A stretch of DNA of 57,025 nucleotides from Gekko japonicus (lineage: Eukaryota). The notes below the pieces were generated by a model. It saw only the letters and a program-made list of their open reading frames with translations, made no database searches and was not told the origin of the DNA. Of this stretch, positions 35,894 to 47,694 are shown in pieces. The DNA lies in the NCBI RefSeq assembly GCF_001447785.1, contig NW_015168777.1, positions 62,001-119,025 on the forward strand. The letters run 5' to 3'. The stretch's first letter is position 1; every line of letters starts with the position of its first letter. A program made the translations under genes and the position numbers.

Positions 35894-36939
35894 TAGGCAG
35901 CAATGCAAAAATGGTGCTATATTTTCAGGATACTACAGACATTTTTATGCCAGTATTACACAAATGCAGATTTTTCAGACCGTTTTTAATAATTACTACA
36001 AGACTGCTTACTTGTGCTCCGTATAATATTCCATGCTGTATACAACATAGCTTGCAGATATTTAAAGGTTTAAAAGGGTGCTTTAAATTGGAATTGTTTT
36101 ATATTTCTGTATTGAAGCCATAGATATGCTACTACAGCCACTTTGCTTTCATAAGTGAAATACTTCTCTCCTTCCCCTAGTATTCAAGTTACTGGAAAAC
36201 ATTGCAGATTGCCTACTTAAAAAATTGAAATTGTAATAATTTGAAATAATAATGTAAATGATAATTTTTGATCCCACCACATACTGTCATTTTTTAATTT
36301 ATATTATGTTTAAAGTATTGGAATAGTAATGGCTTTGAAAAATAGAGAAAGGGCCCAAGTGCATGTGACCCTGAAATTCCATGTCCGAAGCTCCCAGGCT
36401 TCCTTTCTTTCGAATCAGGTGTCTAGGCCCCGATTTGGATCATTAGCCCAATACAGGGGGTTTTCCATGGACCATTTTCCCTATCTGAAATGGCCCCATA
36501 TAACTGCTATTTGCCTTGTGGGTCAAGGACACAGATACACTATGGTCGAATCTGCATTTGCATTTTTAAATCATTTCGTGCTGCTGTGATGCCGTCTTTC
36601 TCTATTTTTGTTTGAATGTCATTTGGAGAAGATTCTTTTAAAGCAGTGTGGAGGTGCAATGACAGTGAAGCCACCCCGAAAGGACAGTAAACATATGTGG
36701 ACATGCAAAAGTACGCTAGCACTGTTGAGGTGTGAAAACGATACCAAATGTAGACACTTTTTTTTGAAGATGGAGTCAAATGGCTGGGACACCAGTGGGA
36801 AAGACCAATGCAGATTCGGCCTATATGTCTGGTGCCTGGAATTTTATGCAGCTCCACGAGGCCCTTTCAGTTTGGGAAAATGGTGCAGGATGGCAGTTTG
36901 AACCCTGTCCCCTCCAGTCGCTAGCATTTTGTAATCATC

Positions 36940-37265
36940 GTATCAGTTTCTCTTTGTGTTCCCTTTATTGCAGGTTACTCACTTTTAATGTAGTTTTAAT
37001 TATTATTGTAAGCCAGCTTGAACCAAGAGAAAAAGTGGGTTAAACTGTTTTCATAAATAAATAAATAATTGGAAATGAATAGGCTGTATTTTCCCTTGCT
37101 GTATCAGTTTCTGTTTGTGTTCCCTTTATTGCAGCTTACGCACTTTTAATGTAGTTTTAATTATTTTTGTAAGCCAGCTTGAACCAAGTAAAAAAGTGGG
37201 TTAAACTGTTTTAATAAATAAATAAATAAATAAATGGAAATGAATAGGCTGTATTTTCCCTTGCT
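36940..37265. repeat. Two-copy ~161 bp tandem duplication
   Basis: 36940-37100 vs 37101-37265, few mismatches. Confidence 0.9.
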
Positions 37266-37444
37266 ATTAAGGACAGACCTTGTTTGAAGAAAGGCTCCTT
37301 ATTTCACAGCACTGCAGGACTATTAGTGTAAAACGCTATCCCTCAGTATTGATCTAGGCCATATCATTTTCAGTCAGTCTTTCCTTCCACGTGGTTTCAA
37401 ATGTGTATTGGTCTTTTCAGGAGATATGGCAGGAATCAAGAGTC

Positions 37445-37885
37445 AGAGAATCACAGTGGTGGAAGGGCCAAACAGGCCATCTAGTCCAATCAGCCTACAG
37501 CATCCCTGACAGCATCCCTGTCCAGCTGCTGTTTAAAGCCTGCTAGTGAAGGGGAGCTCACCACCTCCCTTGGCAGCTGATTCCACTGTTGAACAGCTCT
37601 TACTGTCAATTTTTTCCCCCTAATATCCAGCTGGAGCCTTCCCACCCTTAATTTAAATCCATTATTCAAGTCCTATCCTCTGCTGCCAACAGTTTCCTGC
37701 CCTCCTCTAAGTGAAAGCCCTTCAAAGAGAACAGTCATGTCCCCCCTCAGCCTTCTCTTTTCCAGACGGAACATTCCAAAGTCCCTCAGCCTTTCCTCAT
37801 CTGGCTTGGTCTCCAGGCCCCTTGGATCATCCTTGTTGCTCTCCTCTTCACTGCTCCATTCTGTCCACATCCTTTTTGAAGTGAG
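37445..37885 (-). mobile_element. CR1 LINE 3' fragment
   Basis: RGLETKPDEERLRDFGMFRLEKRRLRGDM is the typical CR1 ORF2 end; CR1-type 3' UTR. Confidence 0.88.
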
Positions 37886-38654
37886 GCATCAACGTCACTT
37901 TTGGATGTTGAAGGGTTTCACATCCAGCTGTTGGAGGGAAATCCAGTTGGTTTCCGAAGACCGTCTTTGGATATTTCTGGAGATTTTGGTGTGGAATTTG
38001 GGGAGAGGAGGGTTTGGGGAGGGGAAAGACCTCAAATGGGTATAATGTCATGGAGCCCACCCTCCAGCCATTATCTTGGGGCAGATCTCTGTTGTCTGCA
38101 ATTCAATTGTAATTTGGGGAGATCAGCAAGTCCCACCTGGAGGCTGCCATCCCTAAGTCAGACAGCAACCACAGGCAGTAAACACTGGGTGACTTGACAC
38201 ACATACACATGTGCGCACGCACACACATAAAATGCCTTCTTTTTTGCACTATTATTTCCTTTTTTCATCTATAATGCAACTCAAGTTAGGTTACGTAGGA
38301 TTCTAAAGAAATTGCCTGTTGTACACCAAGATCTCTTATCTTCAGCAAGGTGGCTGTGTCATGTGTCTTCCAACCATGCATACTGCTCAAACACAAGCTG
38401 GATTTCTTTTAAATGCATTGATTAAATGATCATAGGATTCATGGATAGCATTAAGATCATTACTCAGTTGCTCAGCCTGTGATTGGAGAGTACCATTTCC
38501 AAAAATTGCAAACTCTCTTCCTATTGTGTCTACATTTCTGATTCAGGGTACTTTTTAATGTATTTAAGAATATGAGTCACTACCTGAAGTGAGTTGCTCC
38601 AGGTGCACGTTAACCACTTCAGTGAGAACTGGGCATTCAGGTGGGGGTTTGTAA

Positions 38655-38830
38655 TCAAGTCACAGTCGATTTATGGTGACCTTGTATGGTTTTCAAGGCA
38701 AAAGATGTTCAGAGGTGGTTTTCCATTGCCTGCCTCCACATCACAGCCCTAGTATTCCTGGGTTGGACTCCCATACAAATATTGACCAAGACCGATCTTC
38801 TTTAGCCTTTGAGATCTGATAAGACAATCT
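38655..38830 (-). mobile_element. 5S rRNA-derived SINE, second copy
   Basis: Homologous to 21172-21330, more diverged. Confidence 0.7.
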
Positions 38831-40599
38831 AGTACAGACTTCATGGAAATTAATCCTGCAACAACATTGATTGGATATCTCCCTGGGTTACAAGTGAACT
38901 CCAGATGACAGACATCAGTTCCATTGGAGAAACTGGCTGCTTTGGAGGGTAGATTATATGCCATTATACTCTGCTAAGATCTTTCCCCTCGCAAAACACA
39001 CCTTCCTCATGTTCTATCCTCAAATCTTCAGGAATTTTTCAAGCCAGATATGGCAAGCTTATTTGACGCACTCCCTTGCTGTGTAACCTGTTTCCTCTTC
39101 CTTGACATCCTAAACCAAGAGTTTACCTTCATTTTTAAGGTTTCTACCCCAATGAGATTGGAGGTTCAGAAACAGAGGTTTGTGACAAGTGGCATCTGGC
39201 TATTCAGTCCTCTTTTCATTTGTACCTCCTTCTCTGCTGCGTGATAGAGCAGGTTCCCCACTACACAACCAGCCAGTGACCAGACATTGCTGGAGTCCTT
39301 TGAATAAACACTGCAGAGGATTATGGCACATAAGAAGAGCACTGCTAGATTAGACCAGTGCTCCCACTACTCCAGCATCCTTTTTCACACAGTGACTAAC
39401 AAGCAGAAAATAGAGACTTAGGTCTCCCCTGATGTTGCCTCCATACTCTACAGAATAGAAGAAAGTCAGTGATGAGATCAGAGGTGGCCTAATCTCTGCC
39501 AGTTTATTTCACATTAGAAAACGTGGCCACCTTATACAAAAGCTAGTATGGTGTGGTGATCAGAGATTTGGGCTAGGAGGACTAGGGAGTTATGTCTTCA
39601 GATCCCTATTCAGCCAAGAAGTTCAATAGGTGACAATTGCCCAATGTCTTCCAATGTAACCTATCTCACACATTTGTCATGAGGACAACATGGCGGACAG
39701 AATAAATGTATATGCTCTTCAGAGATCCTTGGAGGAAGAATGGGACACTTTGTAACAGATGGATGTTATTTGTTTATTTATTTATTTCTTCATATTTATA
39801 GCCTGTCCTTCCCAGAAGAGGGCTCAGGGCAGGTAACAACATTATTTTTTAAAAAAATTGTTAATAAAATAACATTAAAAATTAAAACATCTTCATGTGA
39901 ATCAACCATAAGCAAGATACCAGGCAGAAGTAGACACACTCTTATGCCTTTTTCTTCCAGTAAGAGATGGGTGTAGGAACACATTCAGTTCCTCCTAGCA
40001 TGGAATACATAGCTCTAATTGACATTTTCCAGCAGCCACAAGTCCCCCAAGATATGTAAAGCCAGGCAACCTTCCAGCAGAGACCACTTTTTTCATCATT
40101 ACTTCTGAGCCTTCAGTATGGAGGAGGCATAATTATGAATGATAACAATGTCCACTGATGCATGTTTAATGATTGTATATGCTGTATTGCAAGCTCACAA
40201 AATGGTATTAACACATAGCCCTCTATGTGTATGAAACACAGGTGCTGCCTCAGCCATCTGTTCTTCAGAACACAGTCATGTGTGTGTCAGGCAGGCATAA
40301 GGCTTGTCATTACAAGAGATGTATGAGGTGAAGGTAGTTTCAAACAGAGAAGATGGTTGGGATTCCCAATTTGAGACCTCTCATTCTTGGTTGCTTTTCA
40401 TTCTTTTTTGTGTGCATGTATGTGTATGTTTGTGTGTCTCTTTCTTTTTGCTCTATCCTTTGCACATTTGCTATACGTGTACACACACGTAACAGGGCAG
40501 TAACTCCCATTTGTTTATATAAATATATTGAAAGCATTATATATATATGGCTCATTTTGGCAGGATGAATCAAATTGTGTGCTGCGGTGGGAGAAGTTT

Positions 40600-40933
40600 G
40601 CTTCAGCAGATGTAAGACAAAAGAAGGAAGGAGAAAATAAGTGGAGGCCAAGAAAAGTTCATTTTAAAAGTTTCTTATTGCTGTCTAATTGGCACATCTC
40701 CAAATGCAGGGTGCGATTCACAGCCATATATATCTGTCTCTCATGTTGTTATATGCAACCATCCACCTGCAACAATGCTCTTCACCCAGTGTAAGGGTGT
40801 TATTCTTCATCTGTAGCATACCTCATTTCTCCTTTTTGCTTGTTTTTTCCTGTCCATACTTTGTCACCTTTCTGTTTCTGAGTCAATCTTTTGGAAGTGA
40901 GCAACTGTCTGTGATTTCATCACCCAGGTAAGT
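40600..40933 (+). promoter_or_regulatory. Putative promoter/5' non-coding exon of the OR at 44402, ending in donor CAG|GTAAGT (GT 40928)
   Basis: Homologous blocks with donors at 30218, 55278 and 18223. Polypyrimidine-AG acceptors at 21828, 33234 and 44374 lie 22-27 nt before each ATG, the usual OR gene layout. No transcript evidence. Confidence 0.6.
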
Positions 40934-42226
40934 AAAATGCAACCTCAGTGTCACCAAAGATTTGTAATGGGTTTGGTCCTTGGTAAGAACCTCTGCTTTG
41001 AAGCAATGCTTATTTTATTCCTTTTAAACCTATTCCTTTTATATATAATTTAAAAATTGGGGAGTTGGATAAATATATTCTTTAGAACATTCCCCCCCTT
41101 TCTCCTTTAATCCTAGAAATCTCAAAGTTCCAAGCCTCCCAGAATGTATTCAGTCCTTGTAAGGAATTTGGTGTATTCGATGCAGGGGTCCCATTTTCTT
41201 TTTGGTCAATTTAGAATATATTCAATCCTCATAAGGTTTTTGGGGTGTGTGGAACAGGCGTCTCATTTTCTTTTAGTCAGTTTAGAAAGTCAGATTAATC
41301 TGTGTACCTGGGGAAGAATAAGTGAATTATCTGATTGTGCTGCTTTTGTGATCAGCAACCAATTAACTACTTTTATAGCTAGATACATCAAATGTAGATC
41401 CATTAAAATTATTTTAATACTCCATCAACTATTTTTCAGAATGTATGTTTGTTATGCTACCCTATTTCTAGAATTTGAAAATAATATATTGCATATTTGG
41501 GTAGAATATTTAAATTCACTCCTACAAGAGAAAGTGTGCTGTTTTCCTGGTGAGCATTCTGCCATCAACTCAGTGAAAGAAGTGGCACAGTTGAGCAATT
41601 CTGTAAAAAATCTTGGAGCATGGTGTTTCCATTATGATCAACACTTTTACACCCTTGACATTTTCATGTGATCATTATTCACACATATGTATCAAATTAC
41701 TGACTTCAAAATGGACTATAGGTCTGAGACTTTGTAGAAATCTAGATATTTTAAATTGTTAGGGTAAATTGTGTGCTCTAGCATCACTCTCAATAAACTG
41801 TCATATGATTATCTTCTACCTTATATGTTTCTTATTTTGGCTCAATAAACATATACCTATTCATGGGGTACTGAAAAAAAAAATCTTAAGTTTTACTGAA
41901 AGATTTCTGTTGCCGGGTTTTAATCAACTTGCTTTTTACAGTGGTTTCTTACACTCATACCATATTGGATTGATGTTTTTTCAGTGTTTTTAAATATTCA
42001 TATATTTTCAAATATCTTGTTAATCAGTTGCACAGACATTAATGAGCTCCACCACCCCCTCCCAAGTTTAGTTGCACTTTCAGGTCAGTCTTGATTGATC
42101 TAATAAAAGTGCCAGCTAACCGAATTTAAAGTGAATGCTGGGTTGTTTTGTTTGCTTTTCAGTCAGTGGGGTGGCCATTATATGTTGTTACCTTTTGAGC
42201 ACAGTATGTGAATATGCTTCTTTTGT

Positions 42227-42302
42227 ATTATTATTGTTATTACTATTACTATTATTGTTGTTATTGTTGTTGTTGTTGTTGTTATTGTTGTTATTATTAT
42301 TA
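42227..42302. repeat. (TTA/TTG)n microsatellite
   Basis: Directly visible. Confidence 0.97.
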
Positions 42303-44401
42303 ATGGAGTTCATGCTAAGTATTTCCTAGAGAATTAGGTGCTCCTTTTCTTCAACACAAGCATGGTTGTTAACTCACACACCACAAAAAATGTCTATGTC
42401 ACCACTCACATTAATCTGTCTATCATTTTTTAGAATCCCATTTTTCTCCTCTATTTTATTCTCACAGCAAACCTTGGGGGGAAAATTAGGATAATCGGTA
42501 GTGACTGGTCCAAGGTCTTCCAGTGAACTTCATGGCTGAGGTGAGATTCCCACTAGCCATTATGCCAGAATGAGTAAATATCATTCATTCTCATTTAGTT
42601 CCTGTAATTTCTTTTCTAACTTTAAACAATTGATTCTTTCCAATCTTGGACATCTCAGTTGATTCCAATATCTGTTGCCTTGTGTTATTCCTTTTCTTGT
42701 TTTCTCTCAATGTATGTTTTCCTCTGTAATCCTTTTCACCATTTTGCTCTTGCTCCCTTTCCCCCTTCCTTATTCTTCCATATGTACTAGTAGCCATTTT
42801 ATACCATGTTGTGGTTATGTGTTGCTCTTGATCACAGTTATTGGACTTCGGATCAGTCTGTTACTCTATCGAGAACTTCCAGACAAATCTGGGCATTGGT
42901 TAGGGCCATAAGATGGTCAAAGAGTCTGCCACCCTGCCATATTCACTTTCCACAGAACACCCAAGAAGCAGTTATATGTCTGTACCCTTCACACTGTAGA
43001 AACTGGGGGCCTGCTGATTATGCCATTTCCAAAATAAGAGCAGCTCATGCTGTCTCATGAGCATGGACAAAGAGGCCAAAGTACCAAGAATTTGGAATAA
43101 TAAAATCTTCCTCCCCAACCCAGAGGTGGGGAAGAAGTCTAGCTTCAGAGTGGCATATCTATATACTAATAGTAAAGAGTGACCCCCATCTGTGGATACC
43201 TAAATCTGTGTATCAGGGCCACACTGATGAGAAAAAGATTTTCCTGCAAACTTGGGGGATTCCTCCAGTTTGCAATATTAAGTCAAAACTAAAATATATA
43301 GAGAGGGGTTAAATTCCCTCTAAATTCAGTTGTGTTGTCTGTTCCTGCACACACAATGCACTTAGGGAGCTGCTTCAGCTCAGCAACCTGTTCAAATCTG
43401 GGCACAGTGGAGGATGATGTCAGCAATGGCTGTGAACCCAGCCACAGCAGAGGAGGATGCTGGCTCCTGTTCTGGGCCCTGTGGCCCAGTCCTGTGGCCC
43501 AGGTGTGGCAAATGAGGATGCCTGCAGCAAGGCTCAGTGATAGGTGGTGGGGACTGGAGGTGGTGGTGGGGCCAGGCTCAACAATGGGAGGTATATGGGC
43601 TTCTCCAGCATGAGTCTTGTATTCATAGATTATTCTCAAAAAGGGTGTGAAGAAGGCATACCATGCCAGGAGGGCGATGTTGTAATCTGTACAAGGAGTA
43701 CAAAGGCTTTGAATAACAATAAAACCGTGCACAAGATGAATCATTTTCCAGATATGTATATGTACTCCTGCATATTTGTAAAACTCCATGCAGAGACAGT
43801 ATCGAAAGCAATTGTTGATGCAATAGCATGAACATTGGTTTTGCATTTTTTATTTGTTCATCCATGGGTACATGTGCATTCATAAAATGCCACAGAAAAT
43901 ATTAATTACTCTTTTGTAGAAAGACAGACAGTGACAGATGAGTGGGTGGGTGGATGTATGGATAGATGGACGGACAGACAGATGGATGGAGAAAATATTG
44001 GAATCATGAAATCTATAGGAAACTGCAAAGTGCTCTGTACAGAAGCAGAACAGTTGGGATTCCTAAAGTGTTCCACTCCAGAAACAAGAGGAGCAATTTG
44101 GAACTCCAACATTTGTGGAGGAATCTGGGTTGGGAAAACACTGAAACCTAATTACTTTGTGCTTACACAGTTCTTCAATCACCTTTCAGTGTAGGACTAA
44201 TTTATATGATTTTCCCCTTCAAAAAATGATGAGACATTACGAGAACTTGGTTTTTTTTCATAAACATACAATTGGTCCTACTTCTATGTAGTATTTGAGT
44301 CTGAATGTTGCTTGATTTTGAACATTAAATATGGACAGAATTCATAATATCTTCACTTTGAATATTCTTTTCAGTTATGAATCATCAGTAAGTTATCCAA
44401 A

Positions 44402-45346
44402 ATGCAACTGGCAAACCAGTCACATGTGACAGAATTCATTCTGGTGGGGTTTCCAGGAAGTCTAAAACTACAGCACTCTCTTTTCACAGTTTTTCTGGTT
44501 GCCTACACCCTGACAGTAATGGAGAATTTGATTGTCATTGTACTAATCTGTGTGAATATCAAGCTTCATAAACCTATGTATATATTCTTGGGAAATCTTT
44601 CTTTCCTGGAGATCTGGTATGTCTCAGTCACTGTCCCCAAGATGCTTTCAGGCTTTGCTACACAGAAGATGGACATTTCCTTCGCAGGCTGCATGGCCCA
44701 GCTCTACTTCTTTCTGGCTCTGGCATGCACAGAGTGTGCCCTCCTAACAGTTATGGCCTATGACCGTTATGTTGCCATCTGTAGCCCTTTGCGTTATCCC
44801 ACCATAATGAGTCAAGAATTCTGTATCCGTTTAGCAGCTGGTTCATGGCTGAGTGGTTTTTTGGTAGCCACAGGAAAGACCTTCTTCATCTCACGCTTGA
44901 GTTACTGTGGACCCAATATTGTCAACCACTTCTTCTGTGATGTCTCCCCACTTCTCAATCTAGCTTGTACTGCTTTGTCATTGGCTGAACTCATTGACTT
45001 CCTGCTGGCCTTGCTCATTATCATTGGCCCACTCATTGTGACAATCACCTCTTATATCTGCATTATCTCTACTGTCTTGCGCATTCCTTCAGCCAAAGGG
45101 AAGCAAAAGGCATTTTCTACCTGTGCCTCACATCTTTTTGTAGTCACCGTTTACTTTGCTGCCACCATTTTCATCTATGTTCGACCAAGGGCTCTCACCA
45201 ATGTTAACGCCAACAAGCTTGTGTCTGTTGTCTATACAGTTGTAACACCACTTCTTAACCCAGTCATATATTGCATGAGGAATCAAGAGTTCAAGGATGC
45301 CTGGAGAAAAATGTTTAATGGGCCTTCTTCAAGACAAATAGACTAA
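44402..45346 (+). CDS. Olfactory receptor, family 6 (OR6A/6B-like), 314 aa, intact
   Basis: Close paralog of 33262-34203; NQS sequon, [47 protein letters not shown]. Confidence 0.97.
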   Translation: MQLANQSHVTEFILVGFPGSLKLQHSLFTVFLVAYTLTVMENLIVIVLICVNIKLHKPMYIFLGNLSFLEIWYVSVTVPKMLSGFATQKMDISFAGCMAQLYFFLALACTECALLTVMAYDRYVAICSPLRYPTIMSQEFCIRLAAGSWLSGFLVATGKTFFISRLSYCGPNIVNHFFCDVSPLLNLACTALSLAELIDFLLALLIIIGPLIVTITSYICIISTVLRIPSAKGKQKAFSTCASHLFVVTVYFAATIFIYVRPRALTNVNANKLVSVVYTVVTPLLNPVIYCMRNQEFKDAWRKMFNGPSSRQID

Positions 45347-47166
45347 TGTTGTAAGAGCTTTATTAGATCTAGGCACCAATGCAGAAAAGGAGCTATTTTC
45401 CGGATTCTGTAGAAATTTGCAGTAACAGGCAATGGGAAACTATCTCTGAATGTATCTTGCTTTGAAAACCCTTTGGGTCACCATAGGTCAATTGTGAATT
45501 GATGGGACAAAAGAAAAGAAAAAGAAAATTTGAGTGGCAGTATTATGCAAATCTAGGTTTCTCAGGTAGTTTGAAAGTACTACATACTGCTTACTTGTGA
45601 TCTGTATAAAATACTATTCCTTGCTTTGTGCAACATAGCTTACATGTATTTAGAGAGTAAGATGGGTGTTATTAATTTAATTGTTTTCTTGATTGAGCCA
45701 TAGTTATGGTACTATAGCCAGTTCACTTTCATAAATTATATGCCCCTTCCTTTCCCCTGGTGTTCAGGTTACTGAAAAATACTGCAAATGGCCTACAGTT
45801 TTGTTATTAAATTTGAAAATAGCAATATTTTGAAATCCTAATACAAATGACTATTTTATGACCCCATCATATAGAGTTGTGTTTAAGTACCAACTGCATG
45901 TGACCCTGGGAGTTCCATGTCTGAAGCGTCTAAGAGTCTTTTCTTTTCAAATCTGGTGTGTAGGCCCCCAATTTGGATATTTATCAAAATAAAGGGGGAA
46001 TGGAGATCAGCCTTTTCTGTGGACCATTTCTCTTGTCTGAAATGGTCCTGTGTAATTGATATTTGCCTTGTGGGCCAGACACACAGGCATACTATGTGTT
46101 TGGCCACATCAGTTTTGTGTGGCTCTTTTCAGGTTGGGAAAATGGAGCTGGAGGGGAATTTCAACCCTGTCCTCTCCAATTGCTAGCATTTTAAGATCAT
46201 CATATCAGTTTGTTTTTATGTTCCCCTTGTTGCAGCTCACTCACTTTTGATGAATCACCTATGTTTTCTTTTGCTAGTTAGACTAACCCTTGTTTGAAGA
46301 CAGATTCCTTATTTCATAGCACTGCAGCACTATCAGATTAAAGAATTATATTCTTGATCTAGAGCCAAATTGCTCATAATTTAGAGTCTTCCACGGGCAG
46401 TCTTTACTTCCCCATTGTTTCAAATGTGCTTTTGTTCTTGCAGGAGATGTGAAAGGAATCTCTTTGAGATGTGTAGAAATTCAAAATCAGTTGTTGGGGG
46501 AAATCCAACTGTGGAGCAGTGAAACAGAAGGAAGGGAGAATTGAAGTGCCTCTTCCCCTCTGATTCTATGCTCCCAACTACTCTCTCCTAGAGCATCTTT
46601 TCAAACAGACTCCACCAATAACTGAGTGCCACTTGGCTATTTTATTTATTTATTTACTTATTTTACATTTCTATACCACCCATAACCAAAGCTCTCCAGG
46701 TGGTTTACAACAATACAAAACAGTAGAACACAATAAAGAGGAATTAATATAAAACATTAAAAACAGTAAAAAAAAGAGTAAAAACAACAAGAACAGTTAG
46801 CACCACCTCGCTAATCATGTCGCAGCCCTGAATGTCTGAAAAGATCTTTGAAGGTCTCTGTGAAGAGAGTCATCTTGACCTGGCACCTGAAGGATGGCAA
46901 GTCTGGTGCCAGGCAGGCCCCACTTGGGAGCCTGATCCAAAGGCAGGGGACCGCCACCAAAAAACCCTCCCCCTAGTTGTCACCCTTTGAGCCTCTCAAG
47001 GAGTCGGCACCCGGAGGAAGGCCCCAGAGGTTGAGTACAGTTTCTGGGTAGATCGAAGCAGGGGAGGTGCTCTGACAGGTATTGTGGTCTCAAGCAATGC
47101 TCCCTCTAAGCTGTGGAGTCTTGTGAGCAAANNNNNNNNNNNNNNNNNNNNNNNNNNNNNNNNNNN

Positions 47167-47426
47167 GGGCCCCGGGGGAACTCCACCCCCTACCGGAGGG
47201 TGTCCCCAGCGTGATGATGTCACCCGGAGGTGACATCATCACTCTGGCCACGTTGTGGGGAGGACACTCTGTGAATCGAGGGAAAACTCTATGGTTTTCC
47301 CTCGAGTCACAGTGCCCCACCCCCAATCTAGGCGATGCGATGACATCACTTCCGGTGATGTCATCATGGCACGCGCATGCCAGGAATCTCTTCGCTTTCA
47401 AGGCTAAGTTGACTTGGCAACCCTAC
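47167..47426. mobile_element. MITE-like element (hAT-like TGGCAACCCTA end) with internal palindromes
   Basis: Ends ttggcaacccta; contains gatgatgtcac-N6-gtgacatcatc and tgacatcac-N5-gtgatgtca. Left end lies in an assembly gap. Confidence 0.55.
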
Positions 47427-47694
47427 CCCAGCACCAAGAATACAGTGCATCACTTGCCCCAGCCTGAGAGTTCCTATCTATACCTTGTGGCTAATAGCCA
47501 CTGATGGACTTCTGCTCCATATGCTTATCTAATTCCCTCTTGAAACTGTCCATGCTTGTATCCGCCACCACCTCCTATGGCAGTGAATTTCATGTTTTAA
47601 TCACTGTAAGAGTGCACTGTGTGGGTAGATTGAGGCCAAGAGAAGCACTCCAACAAGTATTGTGGTCCCAAGCCATAAAGGGTTTTATAGATTA

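Larger units (their letters stand above)
27960..37950 (+). repeat. OR6 duplication unit 1 (around gene at 33262)
   Basis: Collinear non-coding homology with ~38250-46510 both upstream and downstream of the CDS; boundaries approximate. Confidence 0.85.
38250..46510 (+). repeat. OR6 duplication unit 2 (around gene at 44402)
   Basis: Homologous to 27960-37950 and to 54870-57025; boundaries approximate. Confidence 0.85.

Noticed and set aside
42560-43730. Unit-2-specific insert, possibly L1-like
   Set aside because: The insertion is apparent relative to unit 1, but I could not identify diagnostic motifs, so it is left unclassified.
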